NCBI GenBank assembly: GCA_051362555.1
Contig: CM120649.1
Span: 12,834,001-12,898,000 of the forward strand
Reading direction: 5' to 3'
Source of the DNA: Lingula anatina
Taxonomy: Eukaryota > Animalia > Brachiopoda
Length of the DNA: 64,000 bases
The notes below the pieces were generated by a model. That model was given only the letters and a program-made list of their open reading frames with translations. It did not search any database and was not told where the DNA came from. The translations under genes and the position numbers were made by a program. How positions within the stretch are numbered: the first letter of the stretch is position 1; each line of letters starts with the position of its first letter. Of this stretch, positions 27,501-36,095 are shown piece by piece.

Positions 27501-30500
27501 TGTAATTGGAAATAAATTGTCAGAAAAGAGCCATTGTCAATAAAAAGAATAGGAATTTAAAAAAAGATTTGATTGCATATAAAAAATGGAAAAAAAGATA
27601 TAATAAAAATATGAAAAGTAAGGGTAACTATATTCAGTATTACAAATTAAAAAAAAAAGAATTTTTCAATATTTAAAGAATTAAATATATTTTTAATTAA
27701 TTTTACCACCCCATCAACTGGAAATTAACCTGATTGACTTTGTTATTCACTTGCTCTACTTCTATAATAAGGTTTAAGAAAGTACAGTATGGTACCACAA
27801 CTCTTTACAGCATCTGCTTAAACTTTTTAAATGAATTATTTAAATTGGGCTAGTGTTTTTTGGTTAGGGCTAGTAAAGTTTGAGAGAAGTTTTTTTCGTT
27901 TCACGTTCAACCCAGGCAATTAAAATTAAATTAATTTTTTAAGATTAAAATATGGATATATGTAGAAATTATATTTATTTCATAATAATTTTTTATATAT
28001 CCATTTTATTTTTTATATATTATGATGATGATGAGCTAGCAGAGGAGGATGTGTACAAACAGTTAAAGGAACTGACTGGAATATGAATGTGTTTAGATAA
28101 TCATATAGAAATAAAAATGGATGTTAAACCTGTATGCGTTTTCGTTATATCTAGTAGCTTGAAACTACTAATTTTTAACGTAAAATTTTACGGACCAGTA
28201 CTTCTTGGTACGGACCAGTACCTCTAAGGTCCACTGGTCCGTATTGGCCAGTCCTGCCCAAATTCTGTTTTGACCCCTGTAGTGGCCAATAACAATAAAG
28301 ATATCATGTTATTTGTATAACATACCTCTCCACTTGGTAGTTGTGTCTCTAGTATCGGCAGTCTCTCAATCTTGGGTGTTGGGGTTTCTAGAGTTCTGGA
28401 CTGCATCCTGTTTGTAAACAAATACACAATTTACAAATTATAGAATAATTTAGCATGACCAGTATACTTTTAAATTTTGACACGATTGTTTTTGTAACAA
28501 CAAAATTGAAATGAATACAATAAGGCTTTAGTTAAGTCAAATATCATAAACATTTTATTTTTAAAATATGAGACGTTAATATACTGACTTCATTTGTTGA
28601 TCCTCAACATATATTTTCATGGTGTCTTGCTTGATAAATCAATTCATACAATTGCATAAAACTTTTAAACAAGGCAGCAAAGCTGTCAAATGTACAGACA
28701 AAAAACAGAAAAAAAAGATGCAAAAGAGGTCATTTTGTCAATTTTGATGCAACAATAAATAATGCTTATAATAGCAGTCAGTCAACACTGATTTTTCATT
28801 ATGCACAACAGGTAACATGGTCAATAACAGGAGCAGATCCAGAAATATTTTTGACAGTATTCTAAAGTATCTTTATTGATCCATCTTCCATTTTGATGGT
28901 CTTCCAAAAGAAAAAAATAGATACCCATCAATATAAAAAATCTAACTGTCTTCCAGGAGACCCAGAAGATGGTCTCAATCCACCCCTTCAATAAGATTAT
29001 AGTTTCATGACCATGAGAGTTAAAATTCACATGATGAAAGTCCCAATATAAGAAAAATGATGACAGTGCATAAAATAATATTACTAGTGTTTAAAGACAT
29101 GAATACCAATACAACTGCTTACGTGGAAATACAGAAATTGTGCAGAGCCTCAGGTGGATGGGAAAGTCACATCTTAAAAATGCCAGTGTTGGAGAAGAAA
29201 TTAAAAAGAAAACAACAAAAATATAATCTAATGAAGCTGCTATTCAGTGCTTCCTTATTATGGACACTGTTATCTAGCAGAGAGCTTAACCTTTGGGAGT
29301 TTACAGGGAAATATCAACAAGTGTGATTTATGAAATCTCATTTAATGGCCACTTAATCAGGCAAATGAGTTTATAGCACTAAACTTAGCCTAGTGAATAC
29401 CCAAGGGGAATTTACAGACTGACCACACAAATTTGTCCCATAAGACACAGCTTAAGAAAAGCACAAAACAATAATGCACAAAAATAGGAGACTGCCAATT
29501 CTGATGCAATAGTACATTATGTTTAACTGCACAGTCAATATCAAATTTTAATTATGCAGAACAGGTAACAACGACGAAAGTAAAAGCATAAGGCTTCAGG
29601 TCCATCAAAGTTCAAATTTACAATTAGAAAGAGCCAGAATGAGAAAAATGAAAATTTAACACAAAATTGCATAAATTCAATAATAAATGATAACCCAATT
29701 GAGCTGGCTTTCTAATTTGAACTGCATGCCAATCCTAAAAGTCATACTTGTAAGTTAAACATAATAATAAGTAACACAGTTTTCTTTCCATAATGTTTGC
29801 AGAAGCAGTACAAAAATATTTTTGTCAATTTTGATGTAACATTACATAATAATTTATAGAATAATGATCACCAATTTTTTATTATTGACTATGAATAGCA
29901 AGGACATGTAGAAAATTTGATTACCATTCGGCTTCATGTCCATGGGAGTTCTGAGTCCCACAATGAATATGCCAAAAAGATAATAATGAATATTTCACTA
30001 AAATGTATAAATTCCAGAAAAAGAAGCCAATTAGACTGCTTTTCCAACTTTTTTTGAAAGATTGAGTCGTAAGTAACATGATTTTCCCATAATGGTCATC
30101 ATGGCAGCAACACCAAAAATTATGTTTTCTTCTATTTTGATGCAACATTACATAATGTTTAACAGCATAATGACCATCAATTTTTAATAATAAAATATTA
30201 GTATCATGGATATTCAGAAAATGTGATTAGCAAAGGTCTTCAAGCCCGTGGAGGTTCTAAGTCACACCTTGAAAATGCCAATAAATGAATAATTAAATTT
30301 TCACAAAAAACTGTTTAATTGCCAGAAAAATTTACCAAACAGACTGCATTGCCTACTGAAGCTATATTTTAGTCCCATGTTTCTTTCCTGTAAGTTTGAG
30401 AACAGTGAGTGATATGATTTTCCTTAAATGATCATCATGGGAACAGTGCCCAAAATAGGGGTTTCTTCAAATTTTGATGCAATATTACATAATGTTTAAC

Positions 30501-33479
30501 AGCATAATGACCATCAATTTTTAATAATAAAATATTAGTATCATGGATATTCAGAAAATGTGACCAGCAAAGGTCTTCAGGACCATGGAACTTCAAAGTC
30601 ACATCTTGAAAATGCCAAAATGTAAACAAGACAGCACTTTTCTGAAATGGGTTTATTTCCATTTTTAACACTTTTTTAACATAAAACAAAATTAACAATT
30701 AACTGCCATTTTATATGACCAACTAATAAAATTGATGAGATGGGGAAAATATCAATAGAACAGTGTTAAATGTCCAATTTCCTCCATCTAAGATTCTGAA
30801 CATAGTGGATGATTGAATATGACAAATTGCAATGATATGTGTTTATTTCCAGTTTTGACACTTCATTACACAATACATGATAACAAATTTACCATCATTT
30901 TTACATAATCAACTGACAATGTTGTAAAGATGCAGGAAATGTCAAACAAACACTTTTATGTATCTTATTAGTTCAATAATGAGACTATTAACATGCCTAA
31001 GAATTGAATCTGAGGAAATGTAAAAAAAAAGAATAACTTCTAAAATAATGGACCGATTATGCTGATTTTCATACTCAACCTATGTTTTAGTAAGATTGAC
31101 CACTCTTGTGAGTAAAATGACAATTTGCCTATCTGTTTTTCTTATATTGTATTATCAGTGTTGTATATATGCTAAAAAAATGAAAAAACAGCATAACTTC
31201 TATAAAAGTGGCTCTATCATGCTGTTTTTCAAACTTGACCTGCGTATTATGAATATTCATCAGTTCTGTAAGTTTCAAGCCAAAAGGTAAAATGGTATTT
31301 CACATATCGTGTTATCGGTGCTGCATATATGCTGAGAAAAGTGAAATAAAGATGCAAATAAGTGAAAAATTAAATTTTCACAAAAAACTGTTAAATTGCC
31401 GGAAAAATTTACCAAACAGACTGCGTTGCCTATTGAAGCTGTATGTTAGACCCATGTTTCTTTCCTGTAAGTTTGAGAACAGTAAGTGACACGATTTCCC
31501 TTAAATGGTCATCATAGGAGCAGTGCCCAAAATAGGGGTTTCTTCAAATTTTGATGCAACATTACATAATGTTTAACAGCATAATGACAATCAAATGTTA
31601 TTAATAAAATATTAGTAACATAGACATTCAGAAAATGTGACAAGCAAAAGTCTTCAGTATCATGGAACTTTAAAGTCACACCTTGAAACTGCCAATATGT
31701 GAAAAATTAAATTTTCACAAAAAAACTGTTAAACTGCCAAAAAAAATAAATAAATAAATAAATAAAAATACCAAACAGACTGCATTGCCTACTAAAGCTG
31801 TATTTTAGTCCCATGTTTCTTTCCTGTAAGTTTGAGAACAGTAAGTGACATGATTTTCCATAAATGGTCATCATGGAAGCAGTGCCCAAAATAGGGGTTT
31901 CTTCAAATTTTGATGCAATATTACATAATTTTTAACAGCTTAATGACCATCAATTTTTAATTATAAAATATTTGTTTCACAGATATTCAGAAAATGTGAC
32001 TAGCAAAGGTCTTCAGGCCCATAGAACTTCAAAGTCACGCCTTGAAAATGCCAAAATGTAAACAAGACAGCACTGTTCTGAAATGGGTTTATTTTTATTT
32101 TTAACACTTTTTTTAACATAAAACAAAATAAACATTTTACTGCCATTTTATATGACCAACTAAGAAAATTGATGAGATGGGAAAAGTATCAATAGAACAG
32201 TGTTAAATGTCCAATTTCCTCCATTCTGAGATTCTGAACATAGTGGATGATTGAATCTGACAAACTGCAATGATATGAGTTTATTTCCATTTTTGACACT
32301 TTATTACACAATACATGATAACAAGTTTACCATGTTTTTTACATAATCAACTAACAATGTTGTAAAGATGCAGGAAATATCAAACAAACACTTTTAGGCA
32401 TCTTATTAGTTAAATAATGAGACTGTTAACATGCCTAATAATTGAATCTGAGGAAATGTGAAAAACAGTATAACTTCTAAAATAATGGCCCGATTATGCT
32501 GATTTTCGAACTCAACCTGCATTTTAGTAAGATTGACCACTCCTGTGAGTATAATTACAATTGGCCAATCCATTTTTCTTATATTGTGTTATCATTGTGG
32601 CATTTATATTGAAAATAGTGAAAAAACAGCATAAATTCCCTAAAAATGGCCCAATCATGCTGATTTTCGAACTTGACCTGCGTATTATGAATATTCATCA
32701 GTTCTGTAAGTTTCAAGTCAAAAGGTAAAATGGTTTTCCACTTATCGTGTTATCGGTGCTGCATATATGCTGAAAAAAGTGAAAAAACAGCATAAATGCC
32801 CTAAAAGTGACCCGATCATGCTGATTTTCGAACTTGACCTGCGTATTATGAATATTCATCAGTTCTGTAAGTTTCAAGTCAAAAGGTAAAATGGTTTTCC
32901 ACTTATCGTGTTATCGGTGCTGCATATATGCTGAAAAAAGTGAAAAAACAGCATAAATTCCCTAAAAGTGACCCGATCATGCTGATTTTCGAACTTGACC
33001 TGCGTATTATGAATATTCATCAGTTCTGCAAGTTTCAAGTCAAAAGGTAAAATGGTTTTCCACTTATCGTGTTATCGGTAAAAGTGCACGGCGACGGCGA
33101 CGACGGCGACGACAGCGACGACGGCGACGGCGACGACAGACGCAGATGATGGCTATATGTACAGACACATCTGTGTCTGTACATAAAAATGAACTAAGAA
33201 TTTTCACATTAAGGGTAAGTAAAAGAGTCAGCCGCAAAGTACGGCCTCATCGTATTTACTGTGATGGCAGTGACAGACCCCAATGAAGCATGAGTCTAGG
33301 CTGGTTACTGCCCCAGCATATAATGCAAAACAGAATTTTCATGACATATAATCATGGAATAGAATATCTAACCTTTCACACACAAGATCGGGGACAGATT
33401 CTGGTTCGGTATGTTCTGCGGAAGCCGTAAATAAACACAAATATGAGAAGAAAAGTGGCAAGACTTCGAACATCATCAT
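2985..33479 (-). CDS. CATSPERD: Cation channel sperm-associated auxiliary subunit delta (CatSper-delta/TMEM146), about 890 aa, 22 exons
   Basis: Phase-consistent GT-AG exons: 33479-33373, 28407-28326, 26187-26111, 18953-18757, 18548-~18355 (donor uncertain), 18067-17993, 17152-16987, 16480-16385, 16101-16019, 15686-15507, 14819-14706, 14478-14389, 14203-14160, 13717-13639, 13320-13268, 12675-12616, 12193-12053, 11363-11165, 5227-5076, 4153-4022, 3756-3562, 3141-2985. Signal peptide MMMFEVLPLFFSYLCLFTASA. Motifs matching mammalian CATSPERD as recalled: LLQHNCLKQVALY, PCCDAVSLWC, LIPQPG, SNPHLL, SVGC, YDYQLLGCP, KPEMQLWQGDTF, NYESC, QYEILGG, SFCDLRTKFAVQVWGA, then one TM helix and a basic tail. 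It lacks the extra N-terminal domain of CATSPERE. Confidence 0.88.
3415..3530. repeat. Small inverted-repeat (MITE-like) element in a CATSPERD intron
   Basis: Left arm ttccctaggcaccatcggtctatgtggatcg; the right arm reverse-complements to ttcccacagaacaccatcagtctacatggattg. The internal part resembles about 5497-5533. Confidence 0.55.
7420..7970 (+). mobile_element. 5'-truncated CR1/L2-clade LINE fragment nested in the Kolobok element
   Basis: Translates to YQSIVHSILEYACPVWHPGLTIEQCKL*ETDQTRALKIIFPDLHYDETLNLANMCTLDKRR (RT C-terminal region) and ends in AATAAA plus an (ATT)n tail. Confidence 0.8.
10193..10627. mobile_element. Possible MITE with degenerate TIRs inside the Kolobok element
   Basis: Left end tatactgctaaaattattaac; the right end reverse-complements to ataactgctaataattaacg. 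Confidence 0.35.
12480..12541. repeat. (TA)n microsatellite
   Basis: About 30 TA units. Confidence 0.95.
17356..17718. mobile_element. Non-autonomous hAT-like MITE with a 6-bp TSD (GAACTT)
   Basis: TIRs caggcatcctgaaact and (revcomp) cagacatgctgaaaact. GAACTT on both flanks. Subterminal ggac/gtcc repeats. Confidence 0.7.
19123..19150 (+). repeat. T-run followed by a perfect hairpin; probable end of a Helentron/HINE remnant
   Basis: tgtaataatctc-ctaa-gagattattaca directly follows a T tract, the same architecture as the element end at 33156-33189. Confidence 0.45.
19433..19806 (+). repeat. 5' LTR (TATA ~19543, Inr-like TCATTCT 19571, AATAAA 19761)
   Basis: Direct repeat of 25549-25922; begins tgtagccg and ends gttgca. 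Confidence 0.97.
19809..19826 (+). other. Primer binding site complementary to a tRNA-Ser 3' end
   Basis: TGGCGCTGCGAGCAGGGT lies 2 nt after the LTR. Its reverse complement ACCCTGCTCGCAGCGCCA resembles eukaryotic tRNA-Ser(CGA/TGA) acceptor ends. Confidence 0.75.
22030..25425 (+). CDS. pol: Gypsy polyprotein: RRM-like Gag N-terminus fused to RT-RNaseH-integrase (1131 aa)
   Basis: RT: LRICVDYRRLN, DLKSGYWQV, FGLTNAPATFQR, YLDD. RNase H: LHTDAS, LEFLALKWAV, TDNNPL, DADALSR. Integrase: H-H-C-C zinc finger and the D,D35E motif (CIDYL, HSDQG, CERFNR). No D-[ST]-G protease motif and no CCHC. Confidence 0.95.
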   Translation: MASLCGRTVWLKGLNKKCARKDIERMLYKEGFEYDHIAFQGRCAALVLFKECISAEQFIDHADAGLYIKGTKVKASSPAPTEEMFMVRLFGFTGDEELTKAQEAPKALEFLGRVPLCEAFEVNRACNVSSMLNESGDSISSCDHLRVQNQSLGGDDMLERTHLTDAEQRQLDQLLYEYNDIFAKGDTDIGSTNLVKHKIRLTDHTPFKDKYRRIPAGMYDEIRNHLRDMLDAGVIEESESPWSSNIVTVRKPDGSLRICVDYRRLNSRTIKDAYAMPRIEEPLDNLAGSCWFSSLDLKSGYWQVPMEEDDKEKTAFTVGNLGLFQFTKMAFGLTNAPATFQRLMEKCLGELTPWDCCIYLDDVIVFSKTVEEHLEKLKKIFEKLRKAGLKLHGSKCRLFRKKIKFLGHIISENGIEADNSKLSVLEQWPLPQTLLQLRQFVGFTGYYRKFIRGYSMIAKPLTDMLRGHDLKRDKKGRFVKLRWGEKEKNSFEQLKKCVMSPPVLGYADYSLPFQLHTDASKIGLGAVLYQKQNDKLRPIAFASRSLKKSETNYPAHKLEFLALKWAVSEKFFDYLYGHQFQVVTDNNPLTYVLGKAKLDATSHRWVAELSNFDFSIKYQCGSRNVDADALSRIQWPDKGECISSDSVHAILESPGQEGFIETISMSQKVVDVIQGYDVERSLDWIKEQSEDEEIKNVISCLKGELQVSDVTNEYRKEWKNLILRNGVLYRERKLEGKTSWQLVLPKHRRNEAIKMCHDDMAHVGRDRTIELIRDRFFWNKMYSDVANYVATCDRCVQRKSISDKAPLVSMSSSQPMEMLCIDYLTVEDNKGGIANVLVVTDHFSRYALAYPAKNQTAYTTAKLLYENVIVHYGFPAKIHSDQGRNFESSTIKHLCEIGGVTKTRTTPYRPQGNGTCERFNRTLLNMIGTLGQDKKSDWKKYIQSLVHAYNCTKNDATGYSPYFLMFGRNPRLPVDLTFGLDEQSGNTEHSDYIRKLKRRLQYAYELAFKNSVDLKRNNKERFDRMTRGAVVQQGDRVLIRNLGLKGKNKLADRWKPEVYVVVEQPNKDIPVYKIKEEGVKSGTLKVVHRNHLLPLPVGGLRKSSETKVQVEDTSIPRRSKREKRIPEKYQG
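25534..25548 (+). other. Polypurine tract
   Basis: GAGAAGGGGGGTGAA immediately before the 3' LTR. Confidence 0.85.
25549..25922 (+). repeat. 3' LTR
   Basis: Direct repeat of 19433-19806. Confidence 0.97.
26585..28279. mobile_element. Non-autonomous hAT-like DNA transposon with a 5-bp TSD (TAGTG)
   Basis: TIRs caggggtcgaaacaga and tctgttttgacccctg. TAGTG at 26580-26584 and 28280-28284. Subterminal ggaccagt/gggctagt motifs. Confidence 0.85.
32498..33080. repeat. 161-bp tandem satellite monomers (homogeneous end of the array)
   Basis: gctgattttcgaact at 32498, 32659, 32820 and 32981 (period 161). Confidence 0.92.
33086..33142. repeat. (GAC/GGC)n GC-rich microsatellite
   Basis: cacggcgacggcgacgacggcgacgacagcgacgacggcgacggcgacgacagacg. 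Confidence 0.9.
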
Positions 33480-33693
33480 TGTCCTTTCCAATCACGCGAA
33501 AATGGCGCCTACTCTCACGAGAAAAGTCCAATGCATGCTGGGTAATTTTCATATCGAGGGTATGACGTCAACAAAGCAGTTTTCAAATTTTTTTCGGGAG
33601 GCACGCGGTTTTTGTTGAGCCACTTTTTTCTGTTTGTTTATTTTTGTTTATGATTTTTCCTTTTATTATTGAAAACTATATTGTTTTTATGTT
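33480..33693. promoter_or_regulatory. Bidirectional promoter between CATSPERD and the orphan gene
   Basis: 214 nt between divergent ATGs, CpG-rich. CCAAT (~33489, ~33528), YY1-like AAAATGGCG (~33499), ZNF143-like TGCATGCTGGGTA (~33532) and a perfect CRE TGACGTCA at 33563-33570. Confidence 0.65.
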
Positions 33694-36095
33694 ATGAGTC
33701 TTTTGCGCTACTTTCGCGACAGATTCCGCAGGCGAGACAGGGTGCAGATTTTGCCGGGGGAACGCTTATCCCTTCGTGAAGAACTTGAAAAACTGGAAGG
33801 CAACAATATGAGATTTAAAGAGCTGATCGAAACTCCATCTTTTGATGCCGACACAATATGTTCATGTAAGGTGTGCATGCAAGATCTGGAGGTGAGCTGA
33901 AATTATTTATATCTTTGAACACTAACGTTTAGGGAAATGATTGATGGGTCCCAGGTAAAGACTCACCATTTCAAAATTATTTTTATCTGATTAATTAATT
34001 AATTAATTAATTAAAATTTATAAAGTAATTTAAAATCAATTAAGTTATCTCAGGGCCGTAGCCTGAGCAAAATGCCAGGGGGGGCAGTAAGCGGATACGA
34101 GGGTCGAAGCCCCTGAGGGGGGGTGGGAGGGGTTGCCCCCCTCCCACGGTGTGGAAAAATTTTAAAAACTGTATGTATAAAACTGCATTCTGGTGCAGTT
34201 TAACTGTTATTTATTGCTCAATCAGAAGTCAGAAATTGTGGGTTCATTTTGCATTTGCGATTATTTCTTTTGCACCTCAAATCCCAGGGGGGGCAGCTGC
34301 CCCCCCTGCCCCCCCGGAGGCTACGGCCCTGTATCTTAAATCAGTTAAAAGATTAATTCAATGATCAGTTCATTTATTTATTTATCTTTTTTCTTATCTT
34401 AATTGGGGTCTGGATAGAGTAGGCCTCATTTATCCTTTTTCTATCACAAATTTTTTCAAAGTTTATGTATTGTGGACATTTAACCGCTGCTTCCCCTTCC
34501 GCCTCAAAGATTCTCCTGCCTACGTAGGGCTCTGCCATAGGCTACAGTTTGAATGCAGAACAAGTGTTAATAGGCCTACTTACTTGCAGAAACACATAGA
34601 CTACATGATGACATTATTAAAGAATAAAGACAAAAGTCATGACGAGGCCTAGATATGGCTGTTTGTAATTCCTTCTCTTCAAGTCAGATCAATATTCCCA
34701 CATTTTTAGATCTACGACACAAACGAGTATCCCCCAATGCAAGGCGTTAGGGAAAAGAGACGTGACACACCCTTGACAAATAAACTACGTAACTCCCCGC
34801 CGCAAGCGCCACCAATACCACCGTATCAAGAATATATCGAACTATCCGCCTACCACGAAGTTCCTTATTCTTATGAAATCAGAGAAATTATGCGCAATGT
34901 CAAGAGATGCCCCTATCTGAACGAGATGACCTCGTGGTACCAATCCAAACTGGACGACTTTTTGAAACGGAAAATGTAAGTAGGCCTATATGTCATTGTC
35001 GTAAATAATTTCCGTTGGAGAGATGCAACGGGCTTAATTATGGTTTTAATTGAACCAAATCGAAGCAATACAATTTTTTTGAGGGCTGGGGGTGGGAGGA
35101 GGGGGAAGGGGCAAAAAATGTAATCAATGCCGGAGGGGTTTGAGAAATAAATTAAAAGAAATAAGAAAAAATGCTTAACTCTCTTACCGTATTTATGTTG
35201 ACTTTGAAATAAAACATAACAGGATAAACAGCTTGAAAATCCGCTTTTATTCTTTTAGAAAAGTGAAGAAAATCTTGACGCAAGAACGCCGACATTTGGA
35301 ACAACTTCAAAGAGAGATAAAAGAGACGGGCAGGTATATCTCTCTAACAGAAGAAGAAATCCGCAAACTAAAGAGCGAAATTGAACGCAAGCGGCTAGCT
35401 TTAAGTGATGACATTTTTGAAAGTTGGTACTTTTGGACATTGTTTGCTTAGTTTTGCAGATTGATTTTTAATTGCCGTTTTTTAATTTTTTTTATTTTAC
35501 TGCTATGCAGGTCAGTGTTACACCTTTTTTCTTTTTTCGTTGAATTTGTGATTTGTCCTTCTTATGAATGATCTTATGGTTACGTTGCACGGTTGAGATA
35601 TTGCTTTTGAGTTCTAATAAAAGAAGAAAGGATAAAATGTAGACTAAATGATTTAGAGACTCGTCAATTTCAACTAAATCAAACTATTGCTGATTTGGCT
35701 ATTCACAGAGAACTTCAAGAAAATCTATTTCAGAACACTATTGCTTAACTGTTGCAACTCAATATTTCATTGCAGATATTCCCATTCTTGAGAAAAACGT
35801 GAAGAAAGAAGGCGCGGCCATGTATGAAGCTTACAGAAAAGTAGCAACTCGCCAAGAAGCAGACGATCTCATCTCCGTCATCCAGACCGAAATGCGCATG
35901 CTCAAACAGGCCCTGTTACTGGTGAGATGCAAAAAGTCAAAGATGAGGCGCAGCGCAGCAGAACGCCAAGCTGAGAGCGTCACCTCAATTTTGTGGTCGG
36001 CGGCCCTCGGGTTTGAAAACAACCGCGAAAATAGAAAGAAAAACGACCGCAAAAACATCACGAAAAATGACGCTCCCAAGGAAACGGCACTCTAA
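33694..36095 (+). CDS. Uncharacterised coiled-coil protein, about 315 aa, 4 exons
   Basis: Exons 33694-33891, 34710-34975, 35259-35422 and 35776-36095 join in frame with GT-AG sites; the exon 3 donor was chosen for phase. Charged helical segments such as LTQERRHLEQLQREIKETG...EEIRKLKSEIERKR. No family recognised. Confidence 0.7.
34051..34331. mobile_element. MITE with CAGGG termini and a 5-bp TSD (TATCT), in intron 1 of the orphan gene
   Basis: TIRs cagggccgtagcc and ggctacggccctg. TATCT on both flanks. Internal gggggggcag/ctgccccccc palindrome. Confidence 0.85.

Larger units (their letters stand above)
28667..33189 (-). mobile_element. Non-autonomous Helentron (HINE/DINE-1/pearl-like) with an internal tandem satellite array, in CATSPERD intron 1
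   Basis: Right end: A-run, perfect hairpin tatgtacagacaca-tc-tgtgtctgtacata (33156-33185) and a (GAC/GGC)n microsatellite. Left end: aacaag, stem-loop ggcagc-aaa-gctgtc, and subterminal atgtacagaca (28690-28700) complementary to the right-end tgtctgtacat. The interior is made of ~160-180-bp monomers. Confidence 0.75.

Noticed and set aside
29900-33080. Periodic repeats as a possible CRISPR array
   Set aside because: The context is eukaryotic and the monomers repeat in full with no unique spacers; it is a satellite inside a Helentron.
33255-33342. Alternative CATSPERD first exon MKILFCIICWG...
   Set aside because: The exon at 33479-33373 gives a better signal peptide, the conserved Cys and the correct phase.
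2985-33479. Calling the gene CATSPERE
   Set aside because: It lacks the epsilon N-terminal domain and has delta-type motifs (LIPQPG, SNPH, QYEILGG); a tree would be decisive.
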